Shown one piece after another: positions 1 through 20,510 of a DNA stretch of 64,000 nt. This stretch comes from Bugula neritina (taxonomy: Eukaryota; Animalia; Bryozoa), in assembly GCA_964035545.1 (NCBI GenBank), contig OZ037773.1, forward strand, positions 7,593,751 through 7,657,750, in the 5' to 3' direction. The notes under the pieces are model-generated. The model had not been told where the DNA came from, did no database searches, and worked only from the letters and a program-made list of their open reading frames with translations. The translations under genes and the position numbers were made by a program. Each line of letters starts with the position of its first letter. The stretch's first letter is position 1.

Positions 1-478
1 AATAACGGCAGAGTTATAACTAAAATTAGGGGAGTACATTTCTTATTAATTTCAAACGCAACCTGTATTTTTTATAATATATTTTTGATCATACCATATT
101 ATTAGATCCTGACAGTTTTTGTGAAAAATGTAATACATTTTATAACAATTTGGTATATTTTGCTACAAAAGCTAGATGATGATTCAGGAAACTAACTTAA
201 TAAGTGGTGTTCTTAATATATTTTGTTAGCCAGCTGAAATAACTGTATCTAACTTAATTAATTTAGTCTCAATTCCCACTACATGTTCAAATCAGCTTAA
301 AATCAAAAGGAAACCTTTGGTACACGTTTAGGTATTTGTAAATTATGTGCCTCATTGCAAACTTCCATCAGTCACTTTTCTCTGTAAACTGGATAAAGTG
401 CCACTTGTTTCATTTTGACAGCACCGTCATTGCACGCACTTGCTTTAACTTGCCATTTCATTGTTCCCATATCATTAG

Positions 479-2773
479 TGCAAGCAATTTGTAACAACAC
501 CCTACCAGCTGGAAACTACACAATTACAATTTTTGTTGGAAACTGCGGAACGAGCAGTCTGGTGACCTACCTCATCGGCAAACAGAACTCTCCCTCCAGA
601 CTGCATGTTCAAGAAGTGCAGACTGACAGACCGATTCCATATTGTGAGTAGATTCTGCATCATGAGTCATAATGAGTTGACACCTTGTTAAATAAACTGA
701 CACCTTTCTTAATACGTTGATAAGAGAGCAGGCGCTGTGGTCTAGGGGTTAGAGTGTTGACTAAGTAAACACCAAGTCATGGATTCAAACCCCATAAGCA
801 GCTCCGTGTTGGTAGTGAATGAGTGCAATAGTTTGGGGGTCTTGAATTTGGAGTTGGGAACATAACTCTACCCGAACTACTGCACTCATTCTCCACCAAC
901 TCGAAGCTGCCTATAGAACCATACTAGTTGTGATGTTAGGATGAGCATACAGTTATAATTGCTCCTGTGCCCCATCTGAATAAGTCCTTAGCCTGCTTTA
1001 TAAACCTTTCTATTAGATGTTTTCTCACAGGGTTAGTGATTATAAACTTTCGTATGCTTATTTTTTAATAACCTAATACTTTCAGGGTTTGACAGTCAGG
1101 AGGGACGAATCCGAAGAAGCCCAACCGCAGTAATATCCAAGTTCACCTATTCTACCACTCATAAACATTCTGGAGAAACTGACCTGATCGAGACAAACAT
1201 CACCAAACAGTATACAGGAACGGCTCTAAGGCTCGTAATATCTGCACCACACAAGATCTCTATCTATGGTGGAGGGTGTGTGGTTTGGTACGTCAAACAA
1301 CTATTTCATAATTTGCAGTAGTATTCCTAAGTCAGTGGGCTGGAAGCTAATGATGATCGCATCAAATCTTAATGAACTAGATAGTCCTGACAAAATCTGG
1401 TTGCTTACATACTGAATAAAGTAGTTAATTTAACCTATAACCTAAAATAATTGGAAAGGTGGGAGAGACTAATATTAATTTAATGAGGATTGAGAGTCAC
1501 AAACTATTCTGTTTTCATAATTTATAGCCTTGATTATTAATACTAAACATACCATTCTAAGATATTAGATGCCTATAGAGTCGCCTTCATCTTAGTATGG
1601 CAAAGCATTGAGCATAAAACACTAATTGAGATCATGCTTTAAAACTTTTAAAATTCCAATTAAATTTCACTAGCACTGGAAATATTAATATTTGTAGTAA
1701 AAAAGTCGTCATAGGAATACCGCGGTTATATAGGAAAGCTGTTGAAAAGTTGCCATAAGATCACTATTAAAGTACACTATGTATATATTTCTATATAACA
1801 GAAAATGCTATATTACAGCTACCAAGAATATTGTTTATTGCACAAATCTTATTTTAAATTGATTATAAGGCTGGCCTAGTAACATATGAGGTCAGTAGTT
1901 AAGCCAAAAACCGGCGGTTATGTTAGTCATAATATTGTTCCTATGTAGCTCAATTGCATAAAAATGTTTGCCATGGATGGAGACTGTAAAAACACCAGCA
2001 TGTGACATTTTTTTTAATCAGGTATATGAAGATAGACAACCAGGAGTGTAGGAACCCTGGACCAATAGCAGCAGCTATAGAAATGGATTACAGAGCGAGC
2101 AATCATCTCCCCTTGCAAGGTATGACAATACTATGTCAGCAAATTTCAAAATAAATTATCAACAACAATCTGTCTTAATATGCTAATGATAAACCCCTTG
2201 CAGCTCAAATACAATATTATAAGTTTAAATTTTATTTCCTATACTCTTCAGCGTAGAAGCATAATATTAAACACTATACTGTCACTCAACACTATAGAAT
2301 ATTGAAAACTCTACTAAATTGAGAAGTTGTGTTCTCTTGTTCCTCCCAATATTGTATATATTGCATAGTAGTAGGTAGTCTTGTCTACTAGTGTTGAATA
2401 GTGTCTATCTTTTTACTGCATTGTGAACACTGCACATGTTTGCTTAATCGACTGTAATTTCTAGATTCACTTTATGAATTACACGTTTGAACACATCTAT
2501 TATAATCGGACAACTCCACGTTAGCTCTAGAAATGGTACAAATAGGAAACTGTATAATATTGTTATAACACTGTTGTACACACAGTTAGTGGGCTGTGCT
2601 ATGGCATCTCACCTGGCGAGCACCTGATAACATATGCCGTGAAAAGTTGCTCATCAGACTTGGCAATTGACACCGTCACTGCGGCTTCAACCGACATGCA
2701 CTTGTTTGTGGAGGAACTGAGGCTAACCTCAGTAAGGTCATGTGTGCCTGGACCACCCATTAACTGTAGCTAA
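479..2773 (+). CDS. 5'-partial gene with tandem CTHRC1-like C-terminal domains
   Basis: Exons 479-643, 1086-1287, 2022-2119, 2586-2773(TAA), all AG/GT with consistent phases. Translation ..VQAICNNTLPAGNYTITIFVGNC..SRLHVQEV..WFDSQEGRIRRSP..ITKQYTGTALRLVISAP..GGGCVVWYMKIDNQECRNPGPIAAAI..HLPLQVSGLCYGISPGEHLITYAVKSC..HLFVEEL..CS*. This matches the CTHRC1 C-terminal pattern (FTK..S.LRV..CCQRWYFTFNGAEC..PLPIE..VEGLCEGIGAG..WVGTC..SRIIIEEL) from memory of the family. Confidence 0.8.
729..1050 (+). mobile_element. tRNA-derived SINE (family A), interrupted by a MITE
   Basis: A-box-like tggtctaggggtta and B-box-like ggattcaaacc; body (ataattgctcctgtgcc..tgaataagtccttag..tctcacaggg..tataaact) shared with three other copies in the window. 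Confidence 0.75.
797..911. mobile_element. Small palindromic MITE inserted in the SINE
   Basis: About 42-bp imperfect TIRs (agcagctccgtgttggtagtgaatgagtgcaatagtttggg / cccgaactactgcactcattctccaccaactcgaagctgcc) flanked by TA at 795-796 and 912-913. Confidence 0.65.
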
Positions 2774-4053
2774 TCCTGGTTGCCTCTACACTATTCATGT
2801 AGTGCCTCTAAGCATATTGTATGTAGTTAATGTTGATCATGGAATTGTATAATATTATATATAAGCACCTCTAATCATGTTTTATATGAATATGTTGTTG
2901 GAATAAGATTGAGCGTAAATTATACATAGATGAAAGTTTGAGATTTTGCAAAAGCACAAGTTAAGTTGTCTTGTTTAAGTAAAGTTTGTGGGTTGCTCAC
3001 ATTGTCTTATTATTTATATTACAATAGTTTATTATTTTAATCATATTTACTTTAGGAAAACCATGTTCAAGTATATAAGAAATAAAAAGTTTCCAACAGC
3101 TAGGTCATTATACTGACACAATCTTATGACATCATAATGTTCACACAATCTTATGACATATTATTCACACAATCTTATGACATAATAATATTTCATAATC
3201 TGACATCATGATATTTATAGACAAATTATTTTATTTTTATTGTATATAATATATAACAAAGATAGAGGTTGTTTACATCAATTTAACCTACACTTACTGT
3301 GTACCAACAGCACTTTTAATATCACTTATCCAGGAATAGAGGTAAAACAAACACAGAATATTAAATCTTGACATTAAATTTTCAAAATATAATAACCTTG
3401 ATAGGTTTGATGCCTACTGACAGAATAAATGCTCAACTATTATGGCGATATTTGTAAATATACGTATTAGTTAACTATTTGAATAAGTTATCAAGATAAA
3501 AGCAGAATCTGCTACAAAATATGATATATCAAAACATCACTTTGTCAAGATTGTCGTAAAAGGACGCTATATCAATTTCGTAGGTCAACGAAACATAAAT
3601 ATAAAAAAAATTACAGTCAGTCATACTCTGCAACTGAGAAAATTTGTGATTTATATTTTCAAAATTAGGTCGACTGTCACTGTAGAAATTATTTGTTCTT
3701 ATGCTTGAATAAAATAATGTAACACTCCATACAATCAGGATAAGGTACACTGAAGTTTAAATATTAAGTGCCTTTACTATCATAACAATATGTTTGAAAT
3801 ACACATAATTAAAAAACAATAAGTTAGTGAAAACTGATTCTTCAAATATCAACATTTCTAAAAGGATATAAAAAAGAAATATAAAGCGCTGGAATTGCTA
3901 GCATGATGAGTATAAACACACAGCCTTAGGCTTCTGCACTCTCCACCAATCCAGTGTTGAAAATAGTAAGCAAACAGCTTATATCTTGCCAATCCGTTGC
4001 TTTGTGAAGGTCAGTACTAAAGTAGAGTCAACAGGTGCTGATACCTTGAACTC

Positions 4054-10384
<6,331 letters not shown>

Positions 10385-12773
10385 CTAGACTGAGCAAATT
10401 AGAGAGAGAACTGATTTAACTGACAGTAGCTTCCCTAAAGAAAGTTTAAATACCGCTTCGTCAAAAGCAGCTGAGTTATTCGGAAGATTATTTTATTTTT
10501 GAGACATGCTCATGAGTAGTATTAAGATATAACCGTTAGTGTAATTAGTATACTTGACTTTTCGTTGAAAAAATTAGCGATGCTATTTATTAACTACTGA
10601 AAACCATGCTAGTTGTTTTAATTATATTAGCATTACTGATTCTGAATCAGGCTGTGAAAGATTAGAAAACAAATATCCATAAGAACATGTTCACGCAAAG
10701 TTATTTTTAAAATAAAGATTTTCAAAAAACATGAACAATTTCATCACATAAAGCAAAAATAGTTTATCCACAAAAGCAGCTGCAATGATGTTAGTTACCA
10801 TTGTTATTATTTCATGAGTAGTAAAATAATAAGAAAACTTACTCTAGCATTTGTCTTTACCAAATACATATCAAAGACTAAAAAGACTCAAACTGAAGGT
10901 ACTTTTACCAGTCATAACATATATGATATTGATACTCATACAGGTTGAACATCGTTTTAACTGAACAAAGCAAGTGTTAAATTTATTGCTATTACTTAAA
11001 GTAACACTGCAAACTTTAAGAAGTGCTCAACCATGTCAAATTAAACCTTTACTTAACAATTACTGACTAACACTAGCAGTGATACTCGTATATATATATT
11101 ACTTATTACAGTTATTAGTATTACTATTAGTAATACTCATACTATTACTATTAGTATTACTATAAGTATAAGTATGAGTATAATTAATATTTTGATCATA
11201 TTGAATCCCATAATAAATAAAATTAAACATTTAAAAAAAATTATTAATTTAACAAATAAGGTAACGCGTATAACTATAACTATTTTATTTCTTATGACTT
11301 TTGAGTTAAACTTAATGAGTTAAATCAGCTATGAATTTTAATTTACAATACTCACACTAACTAAGCTTAAGCTTATATTGTTTTTAAATAAATAATTGAC
11401 ATTGCTAAAAAAGAAAAAGTACTTCACAACTGATCGTTTTGCATGCCCTATTTAAAAACGTGTTTAATTGCAAATAACTTTATGAAATAGTAGCTATTGT
11501 CAAGATAGCCACTAACGTTCATTTTAAGCATTAAACTCACTCTATTACGAAAAACTTTCTTACATTCAAGAAGATATAATTACGCGAGCAAAAGTAGTAT
11601 TCCTCATGAGCTAATATTTAAGTATACAAGTTTTTTAACTTGTAATTTTTATCAAAGCAGTTTATCTTTAACTATTTTATAATTCTTGCAAAAGTTGCTA
11701 AAATTACTAAGCCAGTTTCGACAAATAAATACTTTGCAGCACAATAAGGATGCAGCGATAACCATAACAACATAAATAAACAAGCATGCCGATAATGTTA
11801 CTTGCACATGTCCACCGACAATCTGAAAAGGTGATTTATTGAAATACTGCACAGCACTGAGTGTTACAAACCAAGTCAGCATTGAGAGATTTTATGTCGA
11901 TGCTTAGCTTAGACAAATTGCAGCAATGTTCAACTCGCTTTTTAGTGTAAACAAGTTTTTTAACCTTTCCAAATTTGCGGTTAGCGGAATTTAATAAAAA
12001 TGGCACTGCGCGTTTAGTGAGGTTTTTGAGGTATCACAACTCCAATTCCAAGTTGGTCGGCACCACGTTATTGATTACAATCAATCACTGAACTGAAACT
12101 ATAACCCAGTTCTAGTTATAGTTCTAGGGGTTATAGTTCAATGATTACAATAATATTGTAGATCACGGGCAAATTGTGACCTATATCTAGCTTATGAAGT
12201 TCCACACTCAACAGTGACAGAAGCTTATCTCTCACAACTGCCTGCTTTATGCTACCAACTTAATGCTTTTTCAAGTTGTGATACAATACATTTCAGCTAA
12301 GCTTCACTAGCTCTCTGGTAGTTTACGATACATGGCATAAAGAGAAAATAAGCTTGAAAAGAAAATCAAATTAATAATTTAGCTTGCAGAAATGATGTGG
12401 CTATATAACATTAGTTAGCTAATTGATCAAATATTATAAAATACACAATATAGATTTTTATTCTACCAAACCCTATTTTATAATTCATGGTAGCAACTTA
12501 TAAAATAATTATGGGCAATTTATGAGAAATAAGCCCACGCTATCTATAAATAAAACATCATTTAAGATATAATTGGGGTTTGTACCAATATAATTTATTT
12601 TTTCATATAGGCAATAGTTATTTATTAAAGCTTGTAAACTTATGCTGGTGTTTTACTTTCATGAAAAATAGTTTTTTTAACTACATATAATTCACAAATT
12701 TTATATAAAAACAAATATGAATAGAATTATATATGAATTTTTTACATATATATGTCAATGTGCAGTCAACTCT

Positions 12774-14578
<1,805 letters not shown>

Positions 14579-14895
14579 CTGAGAACTGAACAAGTTGTTA
14601 ACCAATAGGAACACAGGAAATCATTTTTTGGGAAGTAACCATTACAGTCTCTCTTAGTTATATCCTCCATCACAGTGGTTCCCAACCTGGGGGGAATTCC
14701 CCCCTAGGGGGGAACTTGGACAATTTAGGGGGGGGATTTGGATTTTGAAAAATTCACGCAATTTGTTTATGGCTTTTTGAGCTCTTGCAAGTTACATGTA
14801 TATGCATATCTATAAATTTTTATTTTAGTTCATCTATTTAACTAAACCATATTCTGCAATCTCAGTTTATTTCTACATGAATGTGTTTATTATTA

Positions 14896-17800
14896 GAGGG
14901 TTTTCAGACATCCTTCTAGGGGAATTTGTATTTTAAAGTTGTCTCCCCCTACAGGATTGGGGGCAGTCTCCACGATATGTAGAAGGCCCATAAAATCAGT
15001 AGAAATGTAAGGTTTGAGTGAAGACTACTACTAGTATAAGTTTCATTTTTTCTGAGATTAATATTTGGGCATAAGTACACATATGAGCAGTTTCAGAATT
15101 TTTTTAAAAAAATTTGTTAATGATAAATGGCACAAAAACAAAACTTCAAAGCATATTTGTGGTTTTGGTTATAGAGCAAATTTGAAGCTGGCAGCTGTCA
15201 TTATCATTTGCTTTGCTGGCTGTATGACCAGCTAGTCTGTTTAGAGCTGCTAACCTTTCAACTCTTAGGACAATAATAACATGCTCGTACAGAATGTAGC
15301 TGCACTAGTGGGCTCTGTCTTACTGAACTCCAAATGGTCCAAAGTATGGGTTGGAACACATGCCTGTACGTTTATGAAGGCACTGGCTCATTTGTATTAA
15401 CATGTTCACGTACTTACACACCTATACTATGAAAATAGCTAAGCCACCCTACCATCTAATATTTCTACCAAACATATTATTACAAATATAAAGATATGCA
15501 TCAAAATAGATAGATTAAATTTGTAATTCCAAACAATATCTTATCTAAAAATGTCAAACACTGTATAACTATATATATATATGTTTTATAAGCATTTGTT
15601 TACATGACATGCCTGCAAGTCAATGAAAATATTTAGAGGACAGTAAAAAAAGCATATAAATTTCAGAACAGTTTCTTTTTTTTCTGAGATGAATATTTTG
15701 AGAATGTCCCACAATTCAACATTTAAATTAAGTCTGCAAAAGAATTTTTCACAGTGTAGTCTCGATGAATAATTATTCTTGCAAGCTGGTGTGTGTTTGT
15801 TCTGGTATGCCATTTTACAGTGGTCTAGTTAACTAGGTCAAAGTTCATTGAGGTGGAATTGTTTTATTAACCTCCGTATATTGATAAAATACTATCATTG
15901 GATTTAAAGCTTCTCTAAGCAACTTCACAGTCTGATCAAATATCTGCATACCTGCCTAGTAGACAATCCAAACCTAAAAAAATAATATACTAAATCCTTG
16001 TATTCTATGTATGGATGAAAGATAATGCAACAAATTGGCTAAAGCATGTTCAAGTAATGTGAAACACTCGAAATATAAATGAGTCAAACTAGAGCTAGTC
16101 AAGTGTGTGGTGTTTTTGGCCGATTTATATGTGCTGTTTAATCAGCTTATTATGTAGTGATGTAATCCTATAACATGTATATAATGTAATTTAAGTTAGA
16201 CAGCTAAAGTTGGACAGTTCTCATCGTGCACTTTCTTGAACAAGCAGCTATGTAATATAGAGAGACAGCTACTCAACAGAGAGCTTCAAGCAAACAAAAT
16301 TCTTGCAACGAGGTTGATTGAATACAAAACAGCTGCTGTTATTCTCATAGCAGCATGCATTGTGTAAGAGATAGCCTGATAATTCACATAGTTTACGTAC
16401 AGTGACATACCACTGAAAATTATTAGAAACCACAAAAAAGATATAAAGGAGAGAATGCTGACACAAAGGAAATATAGCAATGTGGGCAAATATATGGCTG
16501 AAAACTGACCTAGAGATAAATAAGTACAAAATGTACATAATATAGCTAAATCAGCAAAGCCAAATGATTTGATATAAAAAGTATTATCTGGGAATTTAGT
16601 GGAATTTAGTAGCATTATTCAAACTCTACCTTTGAGCAAAATTCGTATGGAGTAAAGCTAATCTTAATTTCATTAGTGTCATAAGAATACAGTCATTATG
16701 ACATAGTTCGTTTTTTCTATACTTTACAGTTGGTACTAAATGTACTTGAAATATTTGAAGGGTAGACATCCACATTTTTCTTAAAGTGGAATAAAACAAA
16801 ATATGTATGACATAATGTTACACTGTAGAGCATAATATGTTATCTTCTATGTACAAAATAATATTATTTTGTACATAGAAGATAACATATTGCAGAACAC
16901 AACATACCCATACCCAAAGCAACAGAGTTGATAAGAAAGTAAAACACAAAGCCTTATTGTTACACCTACTTGTTATTAATGTAATATATTTATTACCAAG
17001 GGAGCATGTCTACACTAACATTGCATGACTGGTTTGAATAATCTACTAAAGGATTATATGCAAGCTGAACATACAACAAAGCTAGTTAATTTCGTTTCCA
17101 TAATCAAATATGAATAAAATAATGATTTATTTACTTTTGAGTTCATGATGGACTGAACAAAGCTCTTTTTTGGACTGTAGTAGTTTTCTTGAATTGTTTG
17201 TACACAGGTATGCAGAGCAAGCAGGTTAGGCATTGCTGTTTGATATTATAACAGCTGAACAAGTTTTTACAATTCCTAAAGTATGGGCAGCTGGACTGGT
17301 GTCACATTACACCGAAATTAAACTTTGACCTGTTTGCTAATGTATACAATTGACTTGCAGGCATGTCATGTAAACAAATGCTTATAAAACATATATATAT
17401 ATAGTTATACAGTGTTTGGCATTTTTAGATAAGACATTGTTTGAAATTACAAATTTAATCTATCTATTTTAATACATATCTTTATATTTGTAATATTTTT
17501 TTATATATAGAAATATTAGATGGTAGGGTGGCTTAGCTATTTTCATAGTATAGGTGTGTAAGTACGTGAACATGTTAATACAAATGAGCCAGTGCCTTCA
17601 TAAACGTACAGGCATGTGTTCCAACCCATAATTTGCACCATTTGGAGTTCAGTAAGACAGAGCCCACTAGTGCAGCTATATTATGTACGAGCATGTTATT
17701 ATTGTCCTAAGAGTTGAAAGGTTAGCAGCTCTAAACAGACTAGCTGGTCATACAGCCAGCAAAGCAAATGATAATGACAGCTGCCAGCTTCAGATTTGCT

Positions 17801-18082
17801 CTATAACCAAAACCACAAATATGCTTTGAAGTTTTGTTTTTGTGCCATTTATCATTAACAAATTTTTTTAAAAAAATTCTGAAACTGCTCATATGTGTAC
17901 TTATGCCAAAATATTAATCTCAGAAAAAATGAAACTTATACTAGTATAGTAGTCTTCACTCAAACCTTACATTTCTACTGATTTTATGGGCCTTCTACAT
18001 ATCGTGGAGACTGCCCCCAATCCCTGTAGGGGGAGACAACTTTAAAATACAAATTCCCCCAGAGGGATGTCTGAAAACCCTC
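14896..18082. mobile_element. Non-autonomous DNA transposon with about 730-bp TIRs
   Basis: 14896-15624 is a near-perfect inverted copy of 17349-18082; termini GAGGGTTTTCAGACATCC / GGATGTCTGAAAACCCTC flanked by tatta on both sides; no transposase ORF inside. Confidence 0.9.
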
Positions 18083-18390
18083 TATTACTCTACCCTAACT
18101 GTTCCCTGTGCTATTTCGAATGGAGGTCAAAGAATTTGCAAAAACCAACAGGCCAACTTTTAGCAGCCATGCAAGTCAATTTCTATGATTTGTATACTAC
18201 ATACCTAGTGAGTATATTTGCTCCACTAAATAATCTGAACCTAAAAATGCAGGAGTGCAATCATCATGCCGTTGCTTTTCATTAGCAGCAGCAATATTTT
18301 TAGAGTTACACTAGAGTGGTGGTGTTTCTATCAAAAACATGGTGTCTTTCCTCACACTCAATGAACTTTTATAGGAGAAGAACCTGTTCC

Positions 18391-18606
18391 GATTTTAGGC
18401 AAAAATGGCACAGGTAAAAATCGCAGACTGGTGTTAAATTTTCCAAAAACCCAAAAACCCAAACCTCCAAAACCCCCATTCTGAATGCCTAACCCCCAAC
18501 TCAAATCTTCAATGCTAAAGTTGAAAATGTGCCATTTTTACCTAATTTTCCATTTGTGCCATTATTATCTATGCTATTTTTACCTGTGCCATTTTTACCT
18601 GATACC
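18391..18606 (-). mobile_element. MITE with 9-bp TSD (Mutator-like)
   Basis: Perfect TSD acctgttcc (18382-18390, 18607-18615); subterminal aaaatggcac/gtgccatttt repeats; same family as 18850-19088 in opposite orientation. Confidence 0.8.
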
Positions 18607-18849
18607 ACCTGTTCCAGATCATTTTTCCAAAAACTTCTAGGCATCTCTGAACTTTTAATGAAGTTTTAACAGTATTTCTCTGAGCTACCTCCCAAAAAGA
18701 AAGAGCTAGATTCTTAACTTGACATGTGACCCATTGCAACGCTTTGTTGAAAAGATTTTAGAGGAATTACAGGAGGATTTCATTGAGTTGGTTCACAATT
18801 CAGCAATGAAAGATGATTTAAAATTTTCTTCAATTTATGGATTGTGGGT

Positions 18850-19088
18850 GGTGTCCAATAGAAATGGCACAGGTAATAAGGGCACAAATGGAAAAGTAGG
18901 TAAATATGGCACATGTTTTCAATATTGGGGTGGTTGTTTGGAGTTTAAAAGAGGGGTTGGAGGTGAAAATTTCAGGTTTGTATTTGAGGTTCTGGAGTTT
19001 GGGGGTGGGGTTTGGGTTAAAAGGGTTGGGGGTTTGGGGTTTGAGTTTAGAAAAATTTAACATCAGTGTGCCATTTTTACCTAAAGCT
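18850..19088 (+). mobile_element. MITE with 9-bp TSD (Mutator-like), interrupts the hAT transposase
   Basis: TSD attgtgggt (18841-18849) / attctgggt (19089-19097); aatggcacaggt..gtgccatttttacct ends. Confidence 0.75.
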
Positions 19089-19738
19089 ATTCTGGGTTTC
19101 TACAAGCAGACTCTTCCCCCACATAGCTGACAAAGCAGAGTTTTGGTGCCATCCAGCACCACCTCTCTGTATGAGGTAGGATTCTCATCAATTCAAAAAG
19201 AAGAGAAACTGCCTTAACCCGCAGAGTGACTTAAGATGAGCCTGATCATAAACAGAGTCAGACTTAAGCAAGCTGGCACAAAAGTATCAACTGAAGCCAT
19301 AACATTAATAATTGGACTGCTCTGTGTTTTATAACATAAAAATAACGATAATATTACTGTTATGATAATTATATTATATGCAAATGTAATAGAACAAAAT
19401 ATATTCCATTGTATCATATATTCTCATTCAGTAGGTAAGTCTTCGAACATGGGGGGGGGAATTAATAGTCAACATTTATGAAAGGGGGGAATAGTATGAA
19501 AAAGGTTGGGAACCACTGCTCTATCACCTTGCAGAACTACTAGTAACATGGTTTTGATCATTCAAGTTTTATTTTATACTAATGGTATAGTGCAAAATCA
19601 AAACCTAATAGTAATAGTTGTGGTTATAAATTTTGACTGTCAAGTCTTTTTAATTTTATGAGTCACTGCACCTACCATTAGCAAATTGTAATATTATTAA
19701 TATGCGTACTTTTTGTAGTTATACAGTATCATACTTAC

Positions 19739-19765
19739 CATAATGTTTTATTCTAAGCTTTTTCT
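19739..19765 (-). CDS. Candidate 27-nt microexon of the death-domain gene
   Basis: tttcag|agaaaaagcttagaataaaacattatg|gtaagt; phase 1/1, open (KKLRIKHY), joins in frame to exon 14578. Confidence 0.4.
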
Positions 19766-20510
19766 CTGAAAATATATTGTTGAAAGTTACGCAAAATAAT
19801 AATGACAAACTGAAATCACCTTAACAATGAGTTACACAAGGTAAATTTATTATAATTATATTATTGTATGAATAATATGCATACGGTTTATATACACGAT
19901 ATATGTATTGTATATGTCTAGGTAGTGGACGACTTTCTTGTTTACTTCAATGGTGATCGATTTTTAGATGTGTTTAAAATTCAGTTTGACTTGCTATATT
20001 TTCAGGTATTATAAACTATTTTTGAAATATATATTCTTATAATATAATATTTTATTTAGCTTGTAGTTGTTATAGTATCGATAGTGAATCTTCATTTTCA
20101 CTACTTCTGTCGCAAGTAAATGCCTAAAAACAGTTGATAAACTTAATTAAACAACAGATTTATGCTGGAAAACAAATATTGTGGGCTCTTAGTTCAACTG
20201 TGAACACGCTATAAACTGAAAACTTTGTGTTTGATTGAAGTATTTGACAAATTGAAACTTTAGTAGTTCCAACAGTTACATAATGATACTATACACAGGT
20301 GCATTCTAAAGTTGATTACATAAAATATATACCCAGTGTAATGTGTAATTCTTTGAAAGAATTAAGTAAGATTAGAATATTTGTGCCTGATGTAGAAAAT
20401 AGGTGGCAGATTTTGAGATATAAATTCCCAGCATAAACACAGTTAGCAGCTATAGCTATAGGTGAGAATTATAGGTGAGAGCTAGGTGGGTGCTATAGGT
20501 AGAGTTGGGT

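Larger units (their letters stand above)
14673..19518 (+). mobile_element. Decayed hAT-Charlie (ZBED5/FAM200-type) DNA transposon carrying nested insertions
   Basis: TIRs cagtggttcccaacct / aggttgggaaccactg; 8-bp TSD ctccatca / ctctatca. Transposase remnants YLVSIFAPLNNLNLKMQ (about 18200-18250), EELQEDFIELVHNSAMKDDL..W (18760-18848), VLVPSSTTSLYEVGFSS..KRNCLNPQSDLR (19140-19240), with stops. Confidence 0.88.
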
